DNA of 64,000 bases. It comes from Octopus sinensis. Taxonomy: Eukaryota. The notes below the pieces were generated by a model, which did not search any database, was not told the origin of the DNA, and saw only the letters and a program-made list of their open reading frames with translations. This document shows, piece by piece, positions 1 to 12,110 of the stretch (positions within the stretch are counted from its first letter, which is position 1; each line of letters opens with the position of its first letter). Where the stretch lies: positions 1 through 64,000 of the forward strand of contig NW_021824847.1 in the NCBI RefSeq assembly GCF_006345805.1, read 5' to 3'. Both the position numbers and the translations under genes were made by a program.

Positions 1-259
1 ATATATATATATATATATATATATATTAATATATATATATATATATACATACATACATATAATATATAAGTTCAGCAAAATTTAGATTCAGATGAATATG
101 GTACTTAAGTTAAAGGCACCAGAATTTGGTATGGTATTATCCATATAATTCAAATGGGGGATTATAATCAAAGAAGCAACAAGGATATCCAAGGTAGTGT
201 AGTACATCGTACTACACACAACACCACACACACACACACACACAACCACACACACCCAC

Positions 260-296
<37 letters not shown>

Positions 297-686
297 CATG
301 CAGCGTATATAGAGAGTGTGTTGTATGTATATATATATATATATATATCTATATTATATATATATATATATATATGTTGTGTGTGTGTGTGTGTGTTGTG
401 TGTTTATGTTATCAATACATTATGTCACGTTAATATATGTGTATATAGATGTATAGACATGCACACACATATGCATATACACATATATAAATGAAAAATA
501 TCCTTGGACCCTAATAATTTCAGGTTTCTTAAGAAGCATTAGCAAGGCCGAAAATCGAATTAACTGATAAAACGTGTTCCGAAATATTCGCAAATTGTTT
601 TAATTACCAGGTGATCAATCACCGTGTAAAGACCCAGGGGCAATGATTGTTATCTATTTTAAGACATTTTTCAACCCCCGTCTTCA

Positions 687-1010
687 ATGAACCTTATTCT
701 TTTACTTTTTACTGATGATTGTTTATTAACAATCATCATAGATGAAGTGGACACAAATTCAACTGCTGGTCCTGATTGTTTCCCAGCAATCCTCCTCAAA
801 GCGTGTAAGTATGCCCTGGCAAAACCCCTCAAGATTCTCTTCCAGAGCTTTCTTACAAATGGCAAACTGCCAAGCAAGCTGAAGTGACGATGGGAGAGGT
901 ATGCAGTAATATATATCTGGAAGTTCCTGGAAGGAACTGCGCCAAATTTTGGCATTGTAAGCTACACCAATGCTAGAACGGAACGACACTGAGGTGCAAA
1001 TGAGGGTAGC
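687..1010 (+). mobile_element. CR1/Jockey-group LINE ORF2 fragments (internally deleted)
   Basis: IDEVDTNSTAGPDCFPAILLKACKYALAKPLKILFQSFLTNGKLP (RT N-terminal GPD motif) joined to ERYAVIYIWKFLEGTAPNFGI (C-terminal motif), similar to the fragment at ~49.0-49.3 kb. Confidence 0.8.
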
Positions 1011-1290
1011 TATATCAAACTCCATTCTTCACCAAGTGCCACATATTAGAGGAGGCTCTTAGTAATAACAGTGTAGCAGAAAACGGCGGTGCATCAGCAT
1101 GGACGCAGCTCTGAGCTGAAACTAGAAAGGAAAAGGAAAGGAAAAATGAAACTATTGAGGTGGTGCTCCAGCATGGCCACAGTCAAATGACTGAAACAAG
1201 TAAAAGGGTAAGACAATAAATAATAAATAAGAGAAACACTATATTGTTACTGAATCCTTTTCCCCTCGTTTGCGAAATCAAACACACACA

Positions 1291-1333
<43 letters not shown>

Positions 1334-1499
1334 ATATACATCCAACGCGTATTTACAGAGAGAGAGGGGGTGAAAAGGAGGCGCAATTTAAGACGCTGAT
1401 GTTGAATATGTCTAAGACGATGTTTATAATACTGATGTTGATTAATAAAAACTATTTAAACAGTCAAATAATTGTCCGTGTTTATTTTTCTATTGTTTT

Positions 1500-1735
1500 A
1501 TGTTCGACATGGGCTGGACACGTCGCCCGGCTCACCGATAATCGGTGGACGCTCGCAGTTGCCGAGTGGTACCCGCGCGAGCGGAAAAGACCACCCGGAA
1601 GACCTCCACGACGGTGGAGTTACGATTTCAGGAGGACGATTGGGATCACGTGGATGAGAAAGGCGCGATCCAGAGAGGAGTGGACAGTGTGCTGTGACCA
1701 GTGGTGTCAGATGGACGCCTGATGGACGGGTCGGT
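1500..1735 (+). mobile_element. RTE-clade LINE 3' end
   Basis: TWAGHVARLTDNRWTLAVAEWYPRERKRPPGRPPRRW...W is the characteristic RTE C-terminus. Confidence 0.88.
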
Positions 1736-2192
1736 CAAGGTGATCAAGGGGATATTCGACATATTTTTTTGCATTTGTGTACATTTAAACTAATTAAATG
1801 TGGAGGCGCAATGGCCCAGTGGTTAGGGCAGCGGACTCGCGGTCGGAGGATCGCAGTTTCGATTCCCAGACCGGGCGTTGTGTGTGTTTATTGAGCGAAA
1901 ACACCTAAAAGCTCCACGGGGCTCCGGCAGGGGATGGTGGCGACCCCTCTTGTACTCTTGTCACAAATATAGGTTTGGTACTACACAGCGTCTGAGTTTA
2001 AACATTCAGAAGTCCAACTATGTCCCACTCCTACATTTTCTGTCAATAAACTTACATTTAGAGAAACCGACCTCCTGCCGACATCAGTATATGTTAAACG
2101 TAAATTTTACTGTGGCTGAGATTTTTGTGATTACATTTGTACTTACTGAAGTTAAGTGTAAATTCAAATACGGATGATTCATTTATAAAATA

Positions 2193-2556
2193 CTAGCACT
2201 ATGACCCGGCGTTGCCGGGTCATAGTGCTAGTGCATGCATATACAGCTGCGTGCGTGGGCACATACACGCGAGTACTGTCCAAATCTCCGACCAATCACA
2301 TACAGCTAGTTGGCATTCAATTGGCGTATCAAGTTTCGGGCATTTTGATTGGGTTTCGGATAGAAAATTGACAAAAAAGTCACTTCTGATTTTTTAATGG
2401 CTTCGCGGGGTGACTGGGGAAATGTAAAGATGTGCACGACCACCCTTGGACGGGTTTGAATGACCATAGAGAGTGCGAGCCTCTAACTGAAACTTTGTGG
2501 ATTTGTATAAAGGACACACACACAGACAGACATTTTGCTGTTTATATATAGAGAGA
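2193..2556 (-). mobile_element. Non-autonomous Helitron, family 2
   Basis: A|TC 5' end at 2556, CTAG|T 3' end at 2193, subterminal hairpin CCCGGC-AAC-GCCGGG. Confidence 0.8.
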
Positions 2557-3718
2557 TAAAAATTAACGTCTCTAGTAATGATGATGATGATGATATTGAT
2601 TTTAAGGGAGGGCTGCAGACACTGGCACTTCATCTATTACGATGACGAGTGTTCCAGTTAAATCGATCAACAGAACAGCCAGCTCCTGAAATAAACGTGC
2701 AAGTGGCTGAGTACCTCACAGACACATGTACCCTTAACGGCGGCGGCGAGCTGGCAGAAACGTTAGCACGCCGGGGCGAAATGCTTGGCAGTATTTCGTC
2801 TGCCGCTACGTTCTGAGTTCAAATTCCGCCGAGGTCGACTTTGCCTTTCCTCCTTTCGGAGTCGATTAATTTAAGTACCAGTTACGCACTGGGGTCAATG
2901 TAATCGACTTAATCCCTTTATCTGTCCTTGTTTGTCCTCTCTATGTTTAGCCCCTTGTAGGCAATAAAGAAATAAGAAACATTAGCACGCCGGGCGAAAT
3001 GCTTAGCAATATTTCGTCTGCCGTTACATTCTGAGTTCAAATTCCACCGAAGTCGACTTCGCCTTTCATCCTTTCGGGGTCGATAAATTAAGTATCAGTT
3101 ACGAACTGGGATCGATGTAATCGACTTATTCCGTTTGTCTATCCTCGTTTGTCCCCTCTATGTTTAGCCCCTTGTGGGCAATAAAGGAATAAGACACATG
3201 TACCCTTAATGTACTTCTTGGGGAGATTCAGCGTGACACAGAATGTGACAAGGCTGACCCTTTGAGTTAAAGGTACTATTCATTTTTGTCAGCTAAGTGG
3301 ACTGGAGCAACTTGAAATAAAGTGTCTTGCTTAAGATCACAGCGCGCCGCCAGGAATCGAGCTCATGGCCTTACGACCGCGAACCGAATACCCTAATCAC
3401 TAAATCATTCACCGTCATTTTAACTGAGTTATATGATATTTTGTAGAGATTTAACTCCGAATTTAAGTGAAACAAAGACCTCGCATCAACAAATGCAGAA
3501 AGCGAAAGAACATGGTCCAGCCATTTAAATATATGAACAGACGCCTGTTTATAGGCGCAGGAGTGGCTGTGTGGTAAATAGCTTGTTTACCAACCACATG
3601 GTTCTGGGTTCAGTCCCACTGCCTGGCACCTTGGGCAAGTGTCTCTTACTATTGTCTCGGGTCTACCAAAGCCTTGTGAGTGGATTTGGTAGACGGAAAC
3701 TGAAAGAAGCCTGTCGTA

Positions 3719-3763
<45 letters not shown>

Positions 3764-3861
3764 ATAACGGAAGGTTTACAAAAATAAACAAAAGACGAAG
3801 GCAGGTGGAGTACAAACAAACAATGTATTAGCATGGCGCTCAGGAATAGAAATAAAACAAG

Positions 3862-3899
3862 TCTTTTACGTTTCGAGCCTACGCTCTTCGACAGAAAGA
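3862..3899 (-). ncRNA. Minimal (dimer-type) hammerhead variant in a Penelope-like LTR remnant (~3765-3975)
   Basis: TCTTT CTGTCGA A GAGC GTAG GCTC GAAAC GTA AAAGA: 5-bp stem I, A6U core variant, loop-less palindromic ACGT stem III. Confidence 0.65.
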
Positions 3900-4439
3900 T
3901 ACACAGAAAAGAAACAAGGAGAGAAACAAGGAGAGAAAAAAATTGCGTGTAGGGGCTAACGATCCAACATGGCGTTCCATGTATATATATATATGTATGT
4001 GTGTATATGTTTGTTTGTTTGTGTTTGTCCCCCCCCTAGCATTGCTTGACAACCGATGCTGGTGTGTTTACATCCCCGTAACTTAGCGATTCAGCAAAAG
4101 AGTCAGATAGAATATGTACTAGGCTTACAAAGAATAAGTACTGGAGTCGGTCGATTTGCTCGACTAAAGGCGGTGCTCCAGCATGGCCGCAGTCAAATGA
4201 CCGAAACAAGTAAAAGAGTAAAAAAAACGATGGAAAATGTCGAATTCTAAAATATTCGAATACAGTAGCTGTATACAAATGCTTGAAAATTTAATTGCTG
4301 TACGCAAGTGCTGTCTCGATCGATAAAAATAGAGGAACGTACAGAGGTGATAATTAATTAATAATAAATGTGGTCTTTGTTGGTGTATTCGTTCGTGTAT
4401 TTTTTTTTTAGTCAACTCGGCACAGACAAGCAGATTAAT

Positions 4440-5441
4440 GAGTGTGGGGTGTGCTGCGTGCGTGTGGTGTGAAACTGTGTGTGTGTGTGTCTCTGTGCGA
4501 ATGTGCGTGCGTGTATGTGTGCATGTACATGTGTGCGTGTCTGTGTATGTCAGTGTATGTGAGTATGTGTGTGTAGTATGTGTGTGTGCGTGCGTTTGTG
4601 TATGTGTCTGTGTGGTGTATACGTGTGGGTGGGTGTTTGTCTGTGCGAGTGTGCGTGCGTGTATGTGTGTATGTACATGTGTGCGTGACTGTGTATGTCA
4701 GTGTATGTGAGTATGTGTGTGAGTGTTCACGCATGTGTGCGTGCGTCTGTGTATGCGTGTGTGTGTATACGTGTGGGTATGTGAATGTGTGTGTGTCTGT
4801 GCGAGTGTGCGTGCGTGTATGTGTGTATGTGCATGTGTGCGTGTCTGTGTATGTCTGTGTATGTGAGTATGTGTGTGTGTGTTCGCGCATGTGTGCGTGC
4901 GTCTGTGTATGTGTGTATGTGTGTGTGTGTATACCTGTGGGTGTGTGAATGTGTGTATGTGTCTGTGCGAGTGAGGTGCGTGTATATGTGTATGTGCGTG
5001 TGTCTGTGTATGTCCATGTGAGTATGTGTGTGTCTGTTCGCGCATGTGTGCGTGCGTATGTGTGTGTATACGTGTCGGTGTGTGAGTGTGTGTGCGTCTG
5101 TGTCTGTGCGAGTGTGCGTGCGTGTATGTGTGTATGTGCATGTGTACGTGTCTGTGTATGTCAGTGTATGTGTGTGTGTGTGTGTTCGCGCGTGTGTGCG
5201 TGCGTCTATGTATGTGTGTGCATGTGTGTGTGTATGTGTATACGTGTGGGTGTGTGAGTGTGTGTGTGTGTGCGTCTGTGTCTGTGCGAGTGTGTGTGTG
5301 TATGTATTCATATATGTATGTATGTATGTCTGTCTGTATGTATATATGTATGTATGTACGTGCGTGTCTGTGTGTGTGCGTCTGTGTGTGTACGTCTGTG
5401 TGTCTCTGGATATCAGTGTATGTGAGTATATATATGTGTGT

Positions 5442-5488
<47 letters not shown>

Positions 5489-5560
5489 CTGTGTATGTGT
5501 GTTCGTGCCTGCCTATGCATGTATGTATCGATATATATATGTACGTATGTGTGTGCGCTT
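4440..5560. repeat. Complex (GT)-based satellite with ~150-bp higher-order period
   Basis: CTGTGCGA.TGTGCGTGCGTGTATGTGT-like marker recurs near 4492, 4641, 4796, 4963, 5103 and 5282. Confidence 0.85.
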
Positions 5561-5860
5561 ATGTTATTTATTTCGTGTCTCTTTAAGCCAATTGCAGCTA
5601 CGAACTTGGCGGTGTGGTTAAGAAGCTCGCTTTGCAATCACGTAATTTTGAGTTCAGTTCCACTAAGTGGCACCTTGAATTAGTGTCTCCTTTTATAACA
5701 CCCGGGTTAATCAATGCCATCTGAGTAAATTTGTTAAACCGAAAATGTGCAGAATCCCTTCACGTATATATATGTGTGTGTGTGTCTGTGTGTGTGTGTG
5801 TGTATGTCCATGTGAGTATGTGTGTGTGTGTTCGCGCATGTGTGCATGCGTATGTGTGTG

Positions 5861-5892
<32 letters not shown>

Positions 5893-6099
5893 CATATATA
5901 TATATACATATATATATATATATTTGAGTAGTTGAATGAATTATCTTATTAAGGATAATTCGAAAGATAACCGATACCTGGGTAGCAAATTCACATCAGA
6001 AAGAACACGGTGAAGCTACGTCCCTAGGGCATAGACTACGTGTCTTCGTGCGGAAATTTGTATGTTTATTTTAAAATTATAAGTATATGAAATAATATA

Positions 6100-6145
<46 letters not shown>

Positions 6146-6449
6146 TGTGTGGTGTGTCTGTGTTTGTTCTTCACCACGACTGACAACTGCTATTAATTTG
6201 TTCACGTCCCCGTAACTTAGTGGTTCGACAAAAGTAGCCGATTTAATAAGCACCAAACTTTAAAAATAAGCAATGAGATTGATCTGTGGGAACTATACTC
6301 GTCAAGGCGGTGCCCCAGTATAACCGCAGTCCAATAAACGAAACATGTAGAAGATAAAAAAATAAATGAAGGGAGGTCACTCTAATTTTATTATTTTGGT
6401 CTTGAAACGATCGGTGAAGAAGAAAATATGATAGAAACTAGAATATACA

Positions 6450-6974
6450 TCAGGTCATCCCATAAGTTCTGTCCGAATTTTGAATAAAGAAAACAAGTGA
6501 TCACATGTTATATTTAATTGAAATTTAATCATCAATGTACTTTCCCCGATTATCTACGACTTCCTCCCATTTATTTACAAGCTTTTTAATCCCATCAATA
6601 TAACACTCTTTTGGTTTCAAAGCGAAGAACTCTGAAATGTCAGTTTCGACCTCCACTTCTGAATTTTGCAAACCATCTTCTGCAAGTTCTTTCATTCAAA
6701 CATTCTTTCCCATAAACTGAGTGTATGTTTCAAGTCGCTTCGGCTGCAGAGTTTCCCTTTTTGTACTCATAAAGCATTATGTGCCATTAATGTTCTTTGG
6801 ATACTTCCATGTTAAAAAGGATTTTAATCAAAGAAATTTAAATTCTATTATTCTGTAAAATAATATTTAATTGCATAAAATTATTTTTTAATTCCATTAG
6901 ACATTCTAAAATACTATTAAATTTTATTCAGTTTTAAAAAGGTAAAATCGAACAGAACTTATGGGATGACCTGA
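6450..6974 (-). mobile_element. Internally deleted mariner element
   Basis: TIRs TCAGGTCATCCCATAAGTTCTGTCCGA / TCGAACAGAACTTATGGGATGACCTGA, TA at the right end, transposase C-terminal remnant ...FFALKPKECYIDGIKKLVNKWEEVVDNRGKYIDD. Confidence 0.88.
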
Positions 6975-7157
6975 TACATTAAAAGGAAATGTAAAAGGCG
7001 CATGAGTAGCTGTGTGGTAAGTAGCTTGCCTACCAACCACATGGTTCCGGGTTCAGTCCCACTGCGTGGCACCTTCGGCAAGTGTCTTCTACTATAGCCT
7101 CGGGCCGACCAAAGCCTTGTGAGTGGATTTGTAGACGGAAACTGAAAGAAGACCGTC

Positions 7158-7197
<40 letters not shown>

Positions 7198-7615
7198 TAT
7201 ATGTGTGTGTGTGTGCGTGTGTGTTTGTGTGTCTGTGTCTGTCCCCCTAGCATTGCTTGACAACCAATGCTGGTGTGTTTATGTCCCCGCCACTTTGCGG
7301 TTGGGCAAAAAGAGACCGATAGAATAAGTACTGGGCTTACAAAGAAATAAGTCCCGGGGTCGAGTTGTTCGACTAAAGGCGGTGCTCCAGCATGGCTGCA
7401 GTCAAATGACTGAAACAAGTAAAAGAGTAAAAGAGAGAGTAACTTGTATCCGAAGAGGTTTTCCATCTCTACTCTTATGATATCTGTTTCTGTGTAACTA
7501 CTCATACATTTATTTACTAAATGCGGTTTCTCAAAATGAACTATTGAATTTATTAGACGTTGGATAATTTAAAGAAAAATGGATTCTAGTAAATGAGAAC
7601 TAAATTGAATATATA

Positions 7616-8050
7616 GGCGCAGGAGTGGCTGTGTGGTAAGTAGCTTGCTTGCCAACCACATGGTTCCGGGTTCAGTCCCACTGCGTGGCACCTTGGGCAA
7701 GTGTCTTCTACTATAGCCTCGGGCCGACCAAAGCCTTGTGAGTGGATTTGGTAGACGGAAACTGAAAGAAACCCGTCGTATATATATGTATATATATATA
7801 TATATGTGTGTGCGTGTGTGTGTGTGTGTGTGTGTATGCTTGTGTGTCTGTGTCTGTCCCCCTAGCATTGCTTGACAACCAATGCTGGTGTGTTTATGTC
7901 CCAGTCACCTAGCGGTTGGGCAAAAAGAGACCGATAGAATAAGTACTGGGCTTACAAAGAATAAGTCCCGGGGTCGAGTTGTTCGACTGAAGGCGGTGCT
8001 CCAGTATGGCTGCAGTCAAATGACTGCAACAAGTAAAAGAGAAAAAGAGA
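7616..8050 (+). mobile_element. Bipartite tRNA-derived SINE with internal (TA)n(TG)n microsatellite (octopus OK-like)
   Basis: Head GGCGCAGGAGTGGCTGTGTGGTAAG...GAAGCCCGTCG, microsatellite, body ending GGTGCTCCAGCATGGCCGCAGTCAAATGACTGAAACAAGTAAAAGAG. Many copies, e.g. 3555-4222, 7000-7440, 19083-19488, 27926-28347 (-), 31946-32350, 34733-35130 (-), 39161-39550, 46611-47007 (-), 59951-60350. Confidence 0.9.
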
Positions 8051-8624
8051 GTATGAATATATATAAGACTTCATTTTTCTGGGTACCTTCATATATGAGA
8101 GCATGGAGAAAATAATTCTGTGCGTTTGCACACTTTAATCATTATTATAAAAGGTGGCGAGCTGGCAGAATCGTTAGTACGCCCGGCGAAATGCTTAGTA
8201 GTATTTCTTCCGTCTTTATGTTCTGAGTTCAAGTTCTGCCGAGGTTCACTCTGCCTTTCATCCTTTCAGGGTCGATAAAATAAGTACCAGTTAAATACTG
8301 GATTCGATGTAATCAACTTACCCCTCACCCGAAATTGCTAGCTTTATACAAAAAATTTGAAACTAATATTATTGTATGACGTTTAAAATCCAATAGGGTT
8401 GCCATAGTTCAAATACTACAAAGAGAATTCGCTCGTGTGTACATAGACGCTTTATCTAAATAATTCTACTTCATGTTAGAAATGGATCTTATTATTTTTC
8501 AAGAATCACATATGTACTTCAAGTTTTGCCTCCATTCATTTTGGAACTGTTCTAAATATATAGCTATGTTGATGAAGTCGGTTCTTAAATTGTTTTGCGG
8601 TTATACCTGTTTAATCAGTGAGTT

Positions 8625-8695
8625 GCATCGGTGGTTCAGTGGAAGAATGCTTGCCTGCCACGCGGGCGGCCCGGGTTCGATTCCCGGTCGATCCA
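8625..8695 (+). tRNA. tRNA-Gly(GCC), probably a pseudogene or degenerate copy
   Basis: GCATCGGTGGTTCAGTGG..GCCTGCCACGCGGGCGGCCCGGGTTCGATTCCCGG matches the eukaryotic tRNA-Gly GCC cloverleaf. It has a C:C mismatch in the acceptor stem, GGA for GGT in the D-loop and no strong oligo-T terminator. Confidence 0.7.
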
Positions 8696-10118
8696 CTTGC
8701 ATTTAAAAATAGGGCGGCGAGCTGGCAGAATCGTTAGCACGCCGGGCGAAGTGCTTAGCCGTATTTCGTCTGCCGTTACGTTCTGAGTTCAAATTCCGCC
8801 GAGGTCGACTTTGCCTTTCATCCTTTCGGGGTCGATTAAATAAGTACCAGTTACGCACTGGGGTCGATATAATCGAATTAATCCGTTTGTCTGTCCTTGT
8901 TTGTCCTCTCTGTGTTTAGCCCCTTGTGGGTAGTAAAGAAATAGGTATTTCGTCTGAATTTAGGAATTCCCAATAAGTTATGAATACCCAAATTGTGAAG
9001 TCAGTTATGTAATAAGATGAAATTAGTTACCCGATAGTAAGAATTCAAATAAAGTAGCCCCGAAAAGGGCTTTAATGCGTTCCTAGAGTATATAGAACAT
9101 AGGAGGAAATACTAATAAGGCATGTATACTAAAATCACGAAGCATGTTACGTAATAACAGGCCAATCAGATATGAGATAATAACAATTCAAAACAAATAA
9201 CTCTGAAAAGGGCTTTTGTACGTTCCCAGAGAATATTCTTTTCTACTATAGGGAAAAGGCCCGAAATTTTGGGGGAGGGGGCCAGCCGATTAGATCGACT
9301 CCAGTATGCGACTGGTACTTAATTTAACGACCCCGAAATGATGAAAGGTGAAGTCGACCTCGGCTGAATTTGAACTCAGAACGTAAAGACAGACGAAATA
9401 CCTATTTCTTTACTACCCACAAGGGGCTAAACACAGAGAGGACAAACAAGGACAGACAAACGGATTAAGTTGATTATATCGACCCCAGTGCGTAACTGGT
9501 ATTTATTTAATCGACCCCCTAAAGGATGAAAGGCAAAGTCGACCTCGGCGGAATTTGAACTCAGAACGTAGCGGCAGACGAAATACCGCTAAGCATTTCT
9601 CCAAGCGTGCTAACGTTTCTCCAGCTCACCGCCCTGTTCCCAGAGAATATTATCCTCAGCGGCGATAGTGTTTATACATTCGTGAATAAGTCACTAACCG
9701 AAATAAGCGATTCTATTGCTTAGGAAAATGCTGTTTTTTCATTTTTAAGGATTGTACTGGATAATCTGAGAAAATAACTCTAACAGTTCAAATACTAAGA
9801 AATAAGCATACTCAATTTGATTTATACCAAATGATTTAGGAAAATGAATGGGTTATTTCCCTTGGCTGTTAAAATGAAATCTATCAGAGATATATAAGGA
9901 TCCTTTCAAGGGGCCAACAATCTGAGTATGACATGAGGTTTCCAGACGTGAGTTCTACGCACGTGTCAAGTTTCATCAAAATCGATAAAGCGATGTAGGA
10001 GGAGTTAGCTAACAACTCCACAAACACACACACACAGAATTTCCCACATATGTATATATATATATATGAAGAAAAAGAACATGGAGATTGGGAACTTAAG
10101 ACAACCTCTAATCGAATT

Positions 10119-10151
<33 letters not shown>

Positions 10152-10271
10152 CACAATCAAGGAACGGCCATAATAGGCCATTCACCCACTAGAAATAACA
10201 GCCAAAGCTTCAACCGCAAAATAACATTAATTCCGTAAACCAGGAGAAAATTAAAAAACATTTACCCTGTA

Positions 10272-10378
10272 ATTTCTTATACGATGCACCGTTTCATCTA
10301 CTGTTTAATGGTAAACTAACCTGATTAAATTAAATCAAGCCAATCTTCCATAGGCCCTTAGATTCGTCAGTAAGAAAT
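10272..10378 (-). ncRNA. Type I hammerhead ribozyme (inverted copy 1 of the 10.1-11.7 kb element)
   Basis: Reverse complement of the copy-2 ribozyme; predicted cut between 10280 and 10279. Confidence 0.88.
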
Positions 10379-10871
10379 AGCCAGATCGGAACAGATATTT
10401 TCACGAGGCATTTCTGTCCCTGCCTCGGCAATATCTGACCTAAAATTTTCAAATCATCGCACTCGCGCCAAATTTATCGGCAGCAAATAAATATAAGCCG
10501 CCGATTCCATTACGGAATTAACCAGAAAATTCATAATTAATCAATATAGGGTGGCAAAAAATTTTGTAGAATTTTAAAAAAAAAAAAAAAAAAAAAATTC
10601 TACAAAAAATGGTCTATGACTATTAAAATTTTTCCCACTAGGTCGCTGGTGGCAAAAAAAAAAAAAAAAAAAAAAAAATTCTACAAAATTTTTTGCCACC
10701 CTATATTGATTAATTATGAATTTTCTGGTTAATTCCGTAATGGAATCGGCGGCTTATATTTATTGGCTGCCGATAAATTTGGCGCGAGTGCGATGATTTG
10801 AAAATTTTAGGTCAGATATTGCCGAGGCAGGGACAGAAATGCCTCGTGAAAATATCTGTTCCGATCTGGCT

Positions 10872-10978
10872 ATTTCTTACTGACGAATCTAAGGGCCTAT
10901 GGAAGATTGGCTTGATTTAATTTAATCAGGTTAGTTTACCATTAAACAGTAGATGAAACGGTGCATCGTATAAGAAAT
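10872..10978 (+). ncRNA. Type I hammerhead ribozyme with long helix II insertion (copy 2 of the 10.1-11.7 kb element)
   Basis: Stem I ATTTCTTA/TAAGAAAT (8 bp); core CTGACGA 10880-86; stem II ATCTA..TAGAT; GAAAC 10955-59; stem III in ACGGTGCATCGT; GTA cleavage triplet, cut after 10970. Confidence 0.9.
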
Positions 10979-11355
10979 TACAGGGTAAATGTTTTTTAAT
11001 TTTCTCCTGGTTTACGGAATTAATGTTATTTTGCGGTTGAAGCTTGGTGTTATTTCTAGTGGGTGAATGGCCTATTATGGCGTTCCTTGATTGTGATGTT
11101 GAACTTAAAAATGGTCTATGACTATTTAATTTTTTTCCCACTAGGCCGCTGGTGGCAAAAAAAATTCTACAAAATTTTTTGCCACCCTATATTGATTAAT
11201 TATGAATTTTCTGGTTAATTCCGTAATGGAATCGGCGGCTATATTTACTTGCTGCCGATAAATTTGGCGCGAGTGCGATGATTTGAAAATTTTAGGTCAG
11301 ATATTGGAGGCAGGGACAGAAATGCCTCGTGAAAATATTCTGTTCCGATCTAGCT

Positions 11356-11461
11356 ATTTCTTACTGATGAATCTAAGGGCCTATGGAAGATTGGCTTGAT
11401 TTAATTAATCAGGTTAGTTTACCATTAAACAGTAGATGAAACGATGCATCGTATAAGAAAT
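11356..11461 (+). ncRNA. Type I hammerhead ribozyme (copy 3 of the 10.1-11.7 kb element)
   Basis: Same fold with core CTGATGA and a perfect palindrome ACGATGCATCGT in stem III; GTA cut after 11453. Confidence 0.9.
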
Positions 11462-11711
11462 TACAGGGTAATGTTTTTTATTTTCTCCTGGTTTACGGAA
11501 TTAATGTTATTTTGCGGTTGAAACTTTGGCTTTATTTCTAGTGGGTGAATGGCCTATTATGGCCGTTCCTTGATTGTGATGTTGAACTTATAAAATAGTC
11601 TATGACTATTTAATTTTTTTCCCACTAGGCCGCTGGTGGCAAAAAAAAAAAAAAAAAAAAATTCTACAAAATTTTTTGGCCACCCTATATTGATTAATTA
11701 TATTATATATA

Positions 11712-11745
<34 letters not shown>

Positions 11746-11794
11746 TATATATATATATATACATATATATATATGTATATACATATATTATATA

Positions 11795-11858
<64 letters not shown>

Positions 11859-12025
11859 AATAATATATATAATATATATTATATATAGATACATATATAT
11901 ATACATATATATATATGTATATATTATATATATATATACATTAATATATAATTATATATATATCACATAATATACATATATATAATACATATATATATGT
12001 ATATAATATATTAATATTATTAATA

Positions 12026-12110
12026 CAGTAATCCTTCGCCATAATCGCGGTTCACTTATCGCGAGGGCGGTGGCTGGAACGTAACACCCGCGATAATCGA
12101 GGGATTATTC
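12026..12110. mobile_element. Short pogo/Tigger-like MITE remnant
   Basis: TA-CAGTAATCC(T)TCG..TCGCGG / CCGCGATAATCGAGGGATTA..-TA inverted ends. Confidence 0.55.

Larger units (their letters stand above)
10151..11700 (+). mobile_element. Retrozyme/Penelope-like HHR element: inverted arm plus ~2.2 tandem ~483-nt units
   Basis: 10151-10575 is the inverted copy of 10675-11096; a direct copy follows at ~11160-11579 and a partial one to 11700. Each unit carries an HHR and several hairpins. Embedded in (TA)n. Confidence 0.75.

Noticed and set aside
1801-1875. tRNA-Arg gene
   Set aside because: Head of a SINE: continues into the conserved SINE body in all copies and lacks an intact acceptor stem.
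4435-5621. Cluster of long V/C and H/T ORFs
   Set aside because: Translation of GT/CA satellite.
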